Below, piece after piece: positions 54,270-64,000 of a stretch of 64,000 nucleotides of DNA. The DNA is from an uncultured Nitrososphaerales archaeon (lineage in GTDB: Archaea; Thermoproteota; Nitrososphaeria; Nitrososphaerales; Nitrososphaeraceae). The stretch covers positions 96,001 to 160,000 of the forward strand of contig CAVOHZ010000006.1 in NCBI GenBank assembly GCA_963695855.1, given 5' to 3'. The notes beneath the pieces were generated by a model, which searched no databases, was not told the DNA's origin, and was given only the letters and a program-made list of their open reading frames with translations. Positions within the stretch are counted from its first letter, which is position 1; each line of letters starts with the position of its first letter. Position numbers and translations under genes: made by a program.

Positions 54270-56435
54270 TTAATGACTGGACCCTACTGGCTCATCTTCT
54301 ATTTTCCATATATAATCACCTTTCTGCTCATCTTTAGAAACGGTCCAGAAATCATAATTTCCACCTGTACGATCTCCTGCTTCATTAAGTTTTATTTTTC
54401 CAGAAATACCATCAAAAGATTCTGCGGTCTCTATCACAATATCTTTAAAAGTTTTCCTAATGTTTTTCGTATCAACATAGTTACTAGAACTATTCTTATC
54501 CAAACTTAAGGAGGAAATCCAGAAACAATCATAAGCTATCGCAGGATATGTTATTGATTCTGTATTATGTAACTCATTAGCGAGTTCTTCAATTAAAGCA
54601 TGAATTTTGGGATTTTTGATATCTATGGAATATAATGGATTAGAAAAATTGGTTTTAATTGCAAATAACGCAGAGTCTATATTCTTTGTAATGTGATGAT
54701 TTTGGGCTATACTATCACTTCCATACCATCTGACATTTCCAAGTGGATGATATATAGGAGATTGAATTAGTATTGGAGTTATTTCATCAAAAGAGACTAT
54801 ATACACCCCTACTGATTTACTATCGTATTTTTTTATCGCTTCAGCTACAATATTGTTTAATTTTTCAAGATCTTCATTCCACATAATAAAATTAATTCTA
54901 TGTAAGCTCGTAGCAAATTTTCCAGTATGTGGCTTGTAGTTTATTCCATCTTCCATTTTGCCTCCCAGTTTTTCAAAATGAAATTTGGTAGATTTGTAAA
55001 GTTCATTTCCATAGATATCCCCTCTCCATATTGGAACGACAACTTTTATACCATCTTTAATCATTCTTTCTGCAATCACTCTCCCTTGGTTAATGTCATC
55101 TGGTATCAGTCTTAGCAGATTGTCTCCTTTTATAGAAAGTAAGGGAGAAGTACTCGAATAGCTTAGCAATATAATATCATTGGTATCTGCATATTCTTTT
55201 ACCGCAGAAACGGCAGTACTGGTTGCAGGACCGATAATGATCTTTGCGCCAAGTGAATGAAGTTCTTTTATCGCTTCGAGAGAGTTATTTGGATCTGTTT
55301 TTGAATTAGCCATAACTAGATTGAATCTCGACGAATAATTCATTTTTTCAAAATACTTGTTTACATCATATTCGGCTTTTTCTAGGGCCACTTTTATTGG
55401 TTTCCCTATTGAAGAGAATGAACCAGTAAATGGTATAATAGCTCCAACTACAAATTCTTTATTAGTTTCTCCAATGGCAGAAAGAAATGAACTTTCAGCA
55501 TAATGATTTTTGTCAAGTACTAACGAATTTTTTTCACTACCATTGAATCCATTGCTAATGTAAAATCCAGAAAACAAAAGCAGCGAAAGAATAGTAATCG
55601 ATGTCATAATCATCTTCTTAGATATCCTCCTTTGCATTCCACCAACAAATTTGAAGATAAGATCTTCTGAATTCCATTTAATAGAATACCGTAAATACCA
55701 TATAAGACCACCAGCAATTAGTAAATAATGTGCCGAGAGCAACAAAGTAGAAATCCAGAGTTGCTCAACATATGTTGTTAGAACTATTATCGCAAACCAG
55801 CTATCGCCTATTACAATTGCTAAAAATCCCACCAATTCGCATACCCACGGGACAAGATGATGTTTATCGTTCTTAATACCAAGCAGAATTGTTACTGCAA
55901 GAACTGTCAATATCGAATTTAAAGTTGGATAAGCTAGTGTAACAATAAATAACATCAGACCTCGAAAGTTGGATGTTTCAGCAAGATCCAACGTCAAAGT
56001 TAGAATATAAATTAAGAATAATCCAGTTATAGATATTATTAGAAACATAATTTTTCTATCTATAACGTGACCGAGGTTCTTTTTTATTATCATTAATCTG
56101 TAAATTAAAAAAACATATGCAGACATCAAGAAAAAATCTGCAATGGAGGGTACAGGTGCTACAATATCCAAAACTACTTCATAATAAGCCCATATAATAT
56201 TGGCAATAAACCAGAAAACGAGTCCTATTGTTAAAAGAATATTTTCTTTATCGCCTGCAAGATTTTCTCTATTTTTAAGAAGAATATACGAAGAAAGCCC
56301 TGCAGCAATAAGAGAATTTATTATTAGGATCCAATTAGAATAGATTATTTTACTGTCTGATTCTGCAAAAATTATAATAGAATTTCCTATAGCTATCGTA
56401 AAAATGATACACAGGAAAAAATACAGCGGCTTCAA
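54270..56435 (-). CDS. Multi-TM membrane domain fused to a type 1 (LivJ-like) solute-binding domain
   Basis: About 9 hydrophobic segments (PSIADFF motif), then VGAIIPFTGSFSSIG, IIGPATS, STSPLLS, FDGISGKIKLNEAGDR. Confidence 0.85.
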   Translation of the reverse strand: MKPLYFFLCIIFTIAIGNSIIIFAESDSKIIYSNWILIINSLIAAGLSSYILLKNRENLAGDKENILLTIGLVFWFIANIIWAYYEVVLDIVAPVPSIADFFLMSAYVFLIYRLMIIKKNLGHVIDRKIMFLIISITGLFLIYILTLTLDLAETSNFRGLMLFIVTLAYPTLNSILTVLAVTILLGIKNDKHHLVPWVCELVGFLAIVIGDSWFAIIVLTTYVEQLWISTLLLSAHYLLIAGGLIWYLRYSIKWNSEDLIFKFVGGMQRRISKKMIMTSITILSLLLFSGFYISNGFNGSEKNSLVLDKNHYAESSFLSAIGETNKEFVVGAIIPFTGSFSSIGKPIKVALEKAEYDVNKYFEKMNYSSRFNLVMANSKTDPNNSLEAIKELHSLGAKIIIGPATSTAVSAVKEYADTNDIILLSYSSTSPLLSIKGDNLLRLIPDDINQGRVIAERMIKDGIKVVVPIWRGDIYGNELYKSTKFHFEKLGGKMEDGINYKPHTGKFATSLHRINFIMWNEDLEKLNNIVAEAIKKYDSKSVGVYIVSFDEITPILIQSPIYHPLGNVRWYGSDSIAQNHHITKNIDSALFAIKTNFSNPLYSIDIKNPKIHALIEELANELHNTESITYPAIAYDCFWISSLSLDKNSSSNYVDTKNIRKTFKDIVIETAESFDGISGKIKLNEAGDRTGGNYDFWTVSKDEQKGDYIWKIEDEPVGSSH

Positions 56436-56566
56436 TTTTCTCGTTTTCCTTATGAGTGATAAGATCGATTATAAAATCGTTCTTTACTAAAAAAAATGGA
56501 ATAGTCTACTTGTAAAATACCTCGTAAAGCACAGTGGGCCCCTAAAAAGTCTGAATGCACATTGTG

Positions 56567-59500
56567 CTATTTTTCGGTTTTCCTAGGTTTGTTGGTGATA
56601 TCCCTATATCTATCCATTTCAAGTAAGCTGTCTCCAAGTCTTTTTTCATTTTTAATAAACAGCAGTGTAGTTAAAATTAATCCAATTACTATCAACGGAC
56701 CGAATATATCACCAAATCTCACTTTAGAAAAATCCTTACCAAATATGTTGGTTAACCTTTTATCTTTATTCTTATCAGATTTTATTGATAAGGTGTTTTC
56801 GTCAGTATTTGATTGTTCATTTGATGGATTAAAAGTTGTTGTGATCTTCCCCAAGGCATTACCCCTCTGTTCTGCAAACCATATTTCACCATCAGAATCG
56901 GAAATGACGTATTGAACAAAGGATCCTTTTTTGGGTATATTGATATTCATGGTCTCTCCTGTTTCTGGTTCCAATACTGCTAAGGTGTCTGAAACATGCT
57001 GGGCTATCCATAAATTGTCATATTTATCAGATGCGATTCCAAAAGCCAGTCCGTTTACATCAGTTAGTTTATATTTTGTAAATGTTTCTAGAAATGAATT
57101 AAAATGCAATATCATGTTATTTTTATGGTCACTAATAAATAAATTTGAGGTCAAAGGATCTAAGAACAAGAAAGTAGGTTCTGACATAACTTTACCATCA
57201 GAGAATATATCATTTGGATATTCTGTGATATTGTTGGTTCGAATATCTATTTTCCCCAGTTTACCTGCAGATTCAACAAACCAGATGTTCTCGTTATCTT
57301 GATCAAAGAGCAAGCTGAGAGGTTTAGAATCGTTAGTTGGAATGATCAGTGATTCAAATTTATTATTCTTCAAATCATATTTTAAGATAGAATTATTTTC
57401 AATATTACTTAACCATAGATCCTGATTATCGTCTATTGCTATACCAGATATAATACCTTCTTCAGGAATTTCAATACTAGTATACTGTCTAGTAACTATA
57501 TCATATTTTCCAATCATATTGGAAGTTGGATCGATAAACCATAATATCTTGTTATCATGGGGATCGAAAACAGACAAAGTAATAAGATTGGTTCCATTTA
57601 TCCTATGTTTGGTAAAGGTTTTAGTGTCTAAATGAAATTCCCACAATTGTCCACTTCCAGGTTTAGTATCGCCTACCCAAATTGAATTACTTTGAGGATG
57701 ATAAACTGGATATAATGGGAGAGTATCAACTGGAAATTTATATTCTGTTACGTTGAATTTAAGGTCATTCAATTTGGGTTTTATATTTATATTAAAGGAA
57801 GATACAGTGTTTGGAATACCTGTTTTCGACGTTTTTCCCTGAAACTCCACATTCCATAATCCCAACGTACTGAATGGAATATTTCCAGAGAATACACCAT
57901 TAGAATGTTCATTCATTTCGACCTGGATAGGTCCAATACCTTTTTCGAGCTGGAGTAGTCTCACTGTGGCCGCCTCTATGTTTGTATCTATCTTTCCATC
58001 TGAAGTTGCAAAGGATGCCGATATCTTGTTTTCACCAAGTCTGGCGGGATCTAAAGTTACAGAGATCTTTTGATCATTTGAATAAAGAGTGGTTGAAAAT
58101 ATGTTACTATCCTGTATAGGAGATCTTGTATTATAAATATTTTCATCATAATTTGATAATTGAAGTGAAGAGAATTCTCCAGAAGGTAGTACCATGTTAG
58201 CCATCAAAGAAACGGTAAATAAAAGAAGTATACCGATACAAGATTCTATTTTTAGACTTGATGCAAATTTATTTAGAATTAGAGAGTTTACAGGTATCGG
58301 ATCCACACCTCCAACTGTTTTCACTAAAACAGTATTGACCTTTTTGTGAGTGACAAATTGATGATAAGATCCCAAAGCTATCATTATTGAAGCTAGAATT
58401 AATTTGCAAATCAAGATTTTTCCATAAAGAGAAGAAAGAATAATTGGAAAATTATTTTCAAGAGAATATAACAATGACGGTCCAGTGATTATTGTGAGCG
58501 CAATGGTCGGTAGAATAATTCTTGAAAATCTAGGAATAATAATCGATATCAATTTTACCTTTAGTTCTTCGACTTTAATGGATGAGGATGAAAGTGTAGG
58601 TACTAATATAAATCCTAGAAAAATCAGGCCTCCTATCCATATGGAAGCTAAAATTATATGAAAATAATCTACCAATATGGGGACAAAATTGTCTAGAGCT
58701 GCAGCATGGGAAATCAGACTGTGAGTAAAAAGGAGGATGAATCCAAAAATCATAATATATGCGATATTTCTTGTATTTAAATCAGATTGCTTTGTGTTTT
58801 TTCTGTATAAAAATACGATGAAAGCTAGTAGGATTGTAGATAAAATGAGTCTGACAAGAACCATTGTTCCAAATTCAGTAGATATTACATCGCCAATTGT
58901 TCCACCTATTGATATCGCTTGAAAAAGCATCAGCAAAATAATTGAAAAAATAACAAGCGAAGCTGAAATTATAGATAATATCAGCAATTTTCTTTTGACA
59001 GTAAAAATATCTAACTTAAGAATCTCAAGTAACCATTTGAAATTTCTAATAGGTTTTGTTATCCATAAGAAAATAAGAGGTGCTCCAATCAGAACTACGT
59101 GACCAACATAACCAAAAATATTTGCCAAAGAATTTTCAATTGACAATAGATCGAGTAGACTTTTTGAAGTAATATTTCCTTGATCAAATGTGACACCTCC
59201 CTTTCCAATATTGAATACAACTGAATTATCTACTACATGTCCATCTACCGCAGAGAGAACTTTAGTTATGACAGTATAGGTTCCGGAAGTCAGATTTTCA
59301 TTCAACGGGATACTCAGTGATGCTAAATCACCATTTACGTTAGATGGCGTTCCCCTATCCACTCGATCTCCCCCAGAGTCTAAAACAGAGATCTGACTGA
59401 ACTTCAACACTATTGGTTCACTAAAAAAAACGGAGGCCTTGTTTGGTGCTGAATCAAGTGATTGGAATTGTTTTGGGTTAGAATCTATAATAACTGGATG

Positions 59501-59635
59501 TGCTGAGGCCTCACAGGTAAGCCCTGCCAATACCAGGATTGAAAAGGTAAAAACTATGATACGTAAACATTGTAAATTTTTAATCAAATACAGGAAATAG
59601 AGACAACTAAATGTTATAATAATTTTGTTGAACAA
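56567..59635 (-). CDS. Copper-handling fusion: CopC + CopD + YtkA-like + Vgb-lyase-like beta-propeller
   Basis: AHPVIIDSNP...VLSAVDGH (CopC); SHAAA, DYFHIILASIWIGGL, PRFS, YGKIL..K (CopD); repeated IWFxE propeller blades; C-terminal TM. Confidence 0.88.
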   Translation of the reverse strand: MFNKIIITFSCLYFLYLIKNLQCLRIIVFTFSILVLAGLTCEASAHPVIIDSNPKQFQSLDSAPNKASVFFSEPIVLKFSQISVLDSGGDRVDRGTPSNVNGDLASLSIPLNENLTSGTYTVITKVLSAVDGHVVDNSVVFNIGKGGVTFDQGNITSKSLLDLLSIENSLANIFGYVGHVVLIGAPLIFLWITKPIRNFKWLLEILKLDIFTVKRKLLILSIISASLVIFSIILLMLFQAISIGGTIGDVISTEFGTMVLVRLILSTILLAFIVFLYRKNTKQSDLNTRNIAYIMIFGFILLFTHSLISHAAALDNFVPILVDYFHIILASIWIGGLIFLGFILVPTLSSSSIKVEELKVKLISIIIPRFSRIILPTIALTIITGPSLLYSLENNFPIILSSLYGKILICKLILASIMIALGSYHQFVTHKKVNTVLVKTVGGVDPIPVNSLILNKFASSLKIESCIGILLLFTVSLMANMVLPSGEFSSLQLSNYDENIYNTRSPIQDSNIFSTTLYSNDQKISVTLDPARLGENKISASFATSDGKIDTNIEAATVRLLQLEKGIGPIQVEMNEHSNGVFSGNIPFSTLGLWNVEFQGKTSKTGIPNTVSSFNINIKPKLNDLKFNVTEYKFPVDTLPLYPVYHPQSNSIWVGDTKPGSGQLWEFHLDTKTFTKHRINGTNLITLSVFDPHDNKILWFIDPTSNMIGKYDIVTRQYTSIEIPEEGIISGIAIDDNQDLWLSNIENNSILKYDLKNNKFESLIIPTNDSKPLSLLFDQDNENIWFVESAGKLGKIDIRTNNITEYPNDIFSDGKVMSEPTFLFLDPLTSNLFISDHKNNMILHFNSFLETFTKYKLTDVNGLAFGIASDKYDNLWIAQHVSDTLAVLEPETGETMNINIPKKGSFVQYVISDSDGEIWFAEQRGNALGKITTTFNPSNEQSNTDENTLSIKSDKNKDKRLTNIFGKDFSKVRFGDIFGPLIVIGLILTTLLFIKNEKRLGDSLLEMDRYRDITNKPRKTEK

Positions 59636-59699
59636 AGAAATTATAGTATCATATCATCTTATATCTTGTAAATAATGAGTAGTGTTAAAACAAAAAAAG

Positions 59700-60467
59700 T
59701 TATTGAAGGTTAAATTTAGACGTAATCTGATCTATCGGTTGAAAAACTAAACTAGTAATAATTATTTCTGCATAAGGGGACTTGTAAAAATTATCGAATT
59801 TGTAAGATGATTGTTCAACTCCCCATCCAGAATGTCGTGGAAATCCTTGGAAAATAGTTTTACCGTTTTGGTCCTTGATGGCAAAGATATAATCTACATG
59901 TTCATAGTTGTTCTTACTCTTAGAATCAGTGAAAATAATTTTGAAATTTACAGTATTATTTTTTATATCCTTTGGTGTCCAAGTTAAATCTACATTCACA
60001 CCATTCAAATCTTTCTTTATAACATTATCCAGATCATCTGTAACTTTAATTATACCTTTCATCCAAGGAAATTTTGGAGAGCTGAAGGTAAATGTTCCTA
60101 GTCCTTCAAATTTATATTCAAAGTCTTCATTTGGTGGGATTTTTCCAGATTTTGCTAATGTTATATTATCTTGAGATATATCTATGTCATGGGAAATATT
60201 GTCTGCGTTATTCCATGCTATGGAGGTACCGGCTTCTACGGGATAATACGTGATATCAAAGAATCTTTCCCTATTTTGATCACTTGATCCAGGAACTATT
60301 GTGATTATTTCTTCAGCAGTGACAGTGTTAATACTGAGAAGAATACCGGTAAGTGATATGAACAAGATAACAATTAAAGTTTGGTTTATGTACATAATGA
60401 GAATTCGCGGATTATGTATATTTTTATCTTTCTTTTCCTGATGTTTCTTTGAAACGTACTGGCGCAT
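59700..60467 (-). CDS. Cupredoxin/plastocyanin-like secreted protein with a degenerate copper site
   Basis: GTSIAWNNADNISH...GTFTFSSPKFPWMKG, then a second beta domain; likely start at MYINQ. Confidence 0.75.
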   Translation of the reverse strand: MRQYVSKKHQEKKDKNIHNPRILIMYINQTLIVILFISLTGILLSINTVTAEEIITIVPGSSDQNRERFFDITYYPVEAGTSIAWNNADNISHDIDISQDNITLAKSGKIPPNEDFEYKFEGLGTFTFSSPKFPWMKGIIKVTDDLDNVIKKDLNGVNVDLTWTPKDIKNNTVNFKIIFTDSKSKNNYEHVDYIFAIKDQNGKTIFQGFPRHSGWGVEQSSYKFDNFYKSPYAEIIITSLVFQPIDQITSKFNLQ

Positions 60468-60479
60468 TAAAATATTATT

Positions 60480-60971
60480 ATGCTTTATATTGAAATAATA
60501 ATTAACGCTATTTTCATGTATAAAACAATTTTTTTAATTTTACTATTTTTACTTGTGTTTAACGTGAACAATTTCCATATGGTTGATTCCGATATACCTG
60601 AAAATGCTCCAAATGTAGTTGTAAAGAAATTGGACAATTATAAAGTACTTTTCTTAACCTGTCCAAAAGAAGCTACCAAAGGTGACAATACTTAATTACT
60701 AAATTTGAATATTGTAGATGAAGGTGGCTATCTTAAAAATATTTATTCTTCTGTTATTATTTTAAACAAGAAAAATGGTTTGATAATATCTCGAAAACCT
60801 TTTAAATTTTATGTGATAAGCGATCTCAGCATTCAATATATGTTCCTTAAAGAAGGAGATTATGTGGTATATTTACTAACAAAAATAAATGGTGATCCAA
60901 ACTATGAGTCAAGTCCAATAATAGCAACCTGTGATCTAAAAGTCAAAGATAAAAAAAGAGTCAAGGCATAG
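60480..60971 (+). pseudogene. Secreted beta-domain protein split by an in-frame TAA
   Basis: ORFs 60480-60695 and 60705-60971 share a frame: KGDNT*LLNLNIVD...SIQYMFLKEGDYVV. Confidence 0.6.
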
Positions 60972-61535
60972 TATACTGAATAGAATTTTGGGATATTTCA
61001 AATGACGACATCTAGAGTTATTGAAAGCAAATTAATAAACAAAAAAGACATTGGATTTAACAGTTAAAAATTTACAAATCTCGGTAATCTTTAGTGTTAT
61101 ATACTGTATAACATAATTGCCCTAATCTATTGTTCATTATACTTACGATATCCAGATCGAATCTTGTTGTTCTGTAATAATAGGAAATTCTATCTTTTAG
61201 ACAACTAAACTTAAGATAATAAGTACAAAGCAAATAGTTGCTGCACTTGACAAATTGTAAAATATTGCTATGCAAGAGAATAGTCTAGATGCAATATCCG
61301 TTATTGCAGATCGCAATAGCCATCCAACGAACGAAGAACAAGTAACATATTCTGCCACAATCGTTGTATAGGAGAATTACCTGAGTTAAAGAAATAAAGA
61401 ACAACAGACACAATAATAATCCTCTTTATTTCTAACTATTTTTATAAAACCAAAGAGAATAGAACAACATCATACGGTACCGCCTTAATCCTGTGCTCAT
61501 GATTTACCTACAGATTTTTTTCATTTATCGTTTAT

Positions 61536-62132
61536 TTATTTATTTTTCATCCAATCTCTTTCTTCCAAGTATTCAATAAGTACTATCATTTCTTGCAATC
61601 TTGCGTTGCCCCCAGCTTGATTTTTGCATATCTCATAATGCTTCAATAACATTTCATTTTCCTTATCTGATATTACGTTTCTTTCATTTACTTGGTCAAA
61701 GAATTTATCCTCTTTTCCTGTATGATCATCGATAAATATTGCGTATGTTCTTAAGAATCTGGCTACGGGCTCCACGGCTGTCGTATCGTATTTATTTGTT
61801 GCCTGTGAGGCTTCTTTGATCTTGCTTTTCCATTCATTTAATTCTCTTCTCAACATAATTGCTACCCTTCTTGCAAATTCATGTTCAATCAAGAATTTTC
61901 GGACCTCTTCTGCAAATCCATTCTTGTCTTTTGTATCTGGAAAATATGCTTTCTCTTCCTTTCCATGATGGAAATGATCTACAAATTCTTCTATTATTAC
62001 AGAAATAATTTCTATATCTTCTATCGGTACATATTGGTTCGCATATAGTTTGTTTGAACACGTTTGAGCAATCTCTTTGACTCTTCTTATTGTAATATGA
62101 TCATTCTTGAGGTTCTGTGTTGCACTCATCAA
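61536..62132 (-). CDS. Hemerythrin-domain protein
   Basis: LKNDH, DHFHHGKEE..YFP, LIEH, DDHTGKED.FF. Confidence 0.9.
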   Translation of the reverse strand: MMSATQNLKNDHITIRRVKEIAQTCSNKLYANQYVPIEDIEIISVIIEEFVDHFHHGKEEKAYFPDTKDKNGFAEEVRKFLIEHEFARRVAIMLRRELNEWKSKIKEASQATNKYDTTAVEPVARFLRTYAIFIDDHTGKEDKFFDQVNERNVISDKENEMLLKHYEICKNQAGGNARLQEMIVLIEYLEERDWMKNK

Positions 62133-62552
62133 TAAATTAGATCAAATACTTCAGTAATAAATTTGAATTACCTCTGATAACAATAAACCAAGAAGATCTG
62201 ATACAGAGAGACATGTAAAAGCAAATATAATGATAAAAATGAAAGAAGCAAGACACAGATCTTAGCTTTTTACAAATTTCCTTCTTGCCAAATAATTCCT
62301 TGTTAACCCTTAACCTTCTCATTTTTTGTTGTTGATTTTACTTTCTAAAAAACTGAATAGTTATTATATATGAGGTGGGAAAATTATACTCGCACTATAT
62401 CATGGTTATTTAATAAGAATTAATTTTATAAAAGTTATATTTTACTACTATTGCGATTACTTTATGCACATCAAAAAGAAATTATATTTGGTCTAGAAGT
62501 ATGATAGAATAATTATGTATAATTATAATGATATTAAAAAGTGTATTTTAAG

Positions 62553-63323
62553 TTATTTTATGGTTAATATGTAGCTAGTCGTATAATTCCAACCTATAGG
62601 TCCAGCGAATTCGTCTTCGTCTGGACTGCCATTTGTTTCATTATTTTTAGTTTTAATGTTTCCCTTAAATTTAATTTCGTAATCGCTAGGATATGGAGGC
62701 TTTAAAAATACCCAAATTCCATCAGAAACTGCTTTGGTAGTTTGTGGTGGCAAATTTAAAATGTTCTTTTCAGGTAAAGTAAAATTAAAAATATCTGATT
62801 GAATGCGATAATTTTCTAGATTTGGTATTTTTACACTATTAAGTGTTGCAAACTCTGGAACTGTTGTATCTTGAATTTTTTTAGCACAGGTACTTAATTC
62901 CTCTTTTGTATTCAAGCTTGGGAACTCAGCCAATGAACACTCAGAATTTAATATAGGAAATAGTATAGCTACACCATAAGGGATTTCACAATATCTAATA
63001 ACTGAGTGTTGATAGGTACCTGGGAAAAACCAGACAGGTGCTTTCTGACCCTCTTTACAGAATTTTCCAGTATCATCATATGCAGGATGAATATTTTGTG
63101 GAATTGAATATGCCCATTGCCACCATTTTGCAGTCCATTGAGGATATGTAAGATTAAAAGGACTTGAATCAGGCTCAAAAACTAAATTAGCTACATCCAA
63201 ATTCGTATTATTTGTTTTAGTAGTTTGATCAGAAGGGCCCTCACTATACGAAACCAAATTATTTGAATCTAGCAGAATTATAACTGTAATAAATAAACTT
63301 AGAAGTAAGATAAATTTTATCAT
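62553..63323 (-). CDS. Secreted hypothetical protein
   Basis: Signal-like N-terminus; WTAKWWQWAYSIP...DDTGKFC...PVWFF...SDGIWVFLKP. Confidence 0.8.
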   Translation of the reverse strand: MIKFILLLSLFITVIILLDSNNLVSYSEGPSDQTTKTNNTNLDVANLVFEPDSSPFNLTYPQWTAKWWQWAYSIPQNIHPAYDDTGKFCKEGQKAPVWFFPGTYQHSVIRYCEIPYGVAILFPILNSECSLAEFPSLNTKEELSTCAKKIQDTTVPEFATLNSVKIPNLENYRIQSDIFNFTLPEKNILNLPPQTTKAVSDGIWVFLKPPYPSDYEIKFKGNIKTKNNETNGSPDEDEFAGPIGWNYTTSYILTIK

Positions 63324-63727
63324 ATTCCTATTTTTTATTTCAATAAATGTTAAGAATCTTTCTCTGATGTTAATAAGATAATCTTAAAAAATAATATGAT
63401 TTTTCTGTATCATTATCATTTCTAGGATTTGTTTTTGTATATGTTGTGAATAGGATATTAAGGAGATATGCAGGATACTAACTTTCATATCTTGGAGCTT
63501 CAATCGTAAGAGAGCTCAAACTAGCCTTACTCTCTCTATCACTGCATCGAATATTACATGAGGACAACAGATGGCATTAGCACTAGTTAATTCCACGGCC
63601 AGATAGACGTTAGTATGGACGTTAAATAATTATAAAATTTTTTTAGAAGCATAGACTAATACAACCTAGAATTTATTTCAGATATGTTATTTGATTATTA
63701 TTGTTATAAAGTTGAAATTAGTATTAT

Positions 63728-64000
63728 ATGTATATGCATGTTGTTATAAGACCTATAAATAAACTCGATAATGATCTTTTAAATTTTTTAAAAGGCGCCT
63801 TGTCAAAGGAATTTGATTATGCCAATGTTACTGTTAGTAATACACCAAAAATTGATATTGAAGATTTTATTGATGGCAGAAGAAATCAAATAAGATCATC
63901 TGAATTGTTACATTGGGTATTAGAAAAAATGGAACCGACAAGAGAAATGAAGATCCTAATCATTTGTGATACGGATGCCTATACAGGAGATTTGAACTTT
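63728..64000 (+). CDS. Archaemetzincin family Zn-metalloprotease, 5' part (runs off the window)
   Basis: Frame open to the window end; RRNQIRSSELL...KILIICDTDAYTGDLNF; the HExxH motif is not within the window. Confidence 0.7.
   Translation, partial: MYMHVVIRPINKLDNDLLNFLKGALSKEFDYANVTVSNTPKIDIEDFIDGRRNQIRSSELLHWVLEKMEPTREMKILIICDTDAYTGDLNF

Noticed and set aside
519-60971. Alternative genetic code, selenocysteine or pyrrolysine as the cause of internal stops
   Set aside because: TAA, TAG and TGA all occur internally and all terminate intact genes; no recoding machinery in the window
4776-63178. Many short antisense or overlapping ORFs in the track (e.g. 4776, 10927, 11383, 14515, 31524, 41020, 42070, 45002, 48934, 56931, 59908, 62969)
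   Set aside because: Shadow frames of well-supported genes
1-64000. cas, TnpB/IscB, reverse transcriptase or viral structural genes
   Set aside because: Looked for in the ORF track and by eye; no convincing motifs, though highly diverged or decayed copies cannot be excluded without profile searches

Overview
AT-rich archaeal DNA. The gene content (TFB, exosome Csl4, UPF0147, archaemetzincin, many lineage-typical secreted and Cys-rich small proteins) points by inference to a soil ammonia-oxidising Nitrososphaerota, Nitrosocosmicus-like genome. Positions ~1-18390 look like a decaying island ending at the 3' end of tRNA-Arg(GCG), beside a truncated integrase. The island holds IS6, IS630 and IS481 elements with visible terminal repeats and target duplications, IS5 remnants, several pseudogenes and Cys-rich micro-ORFs. 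It also holds an orphan CRISPR mini-array (4 x 30-bp repeats, 3 x 36-bp spacers, 15338-15565) with no cas gene in the window. The array lies directly behind a small Cys-rich ORF and near a possible solitary repeat of another family. The rest of the window is mostly core or semi-core: tmk, GT39, adenosine-specific kinase, a tfb divergent from a class III cyclase plus GvpD/KaiC-like ATPase pair, ogg, a beta-CASP nuclease, csl4, a LamG/discoidin surface protein, nikR, an HD-domain protein, dodecin, a class V PLP enzyme, a Rieske protein, a multi-TM plus solute-binding fusion, a CopC-CopD-beta-propeller copper cluster, hemerythrin and a partial archaemetzincin. All calls come from reading motifs by eye; no searches were run.
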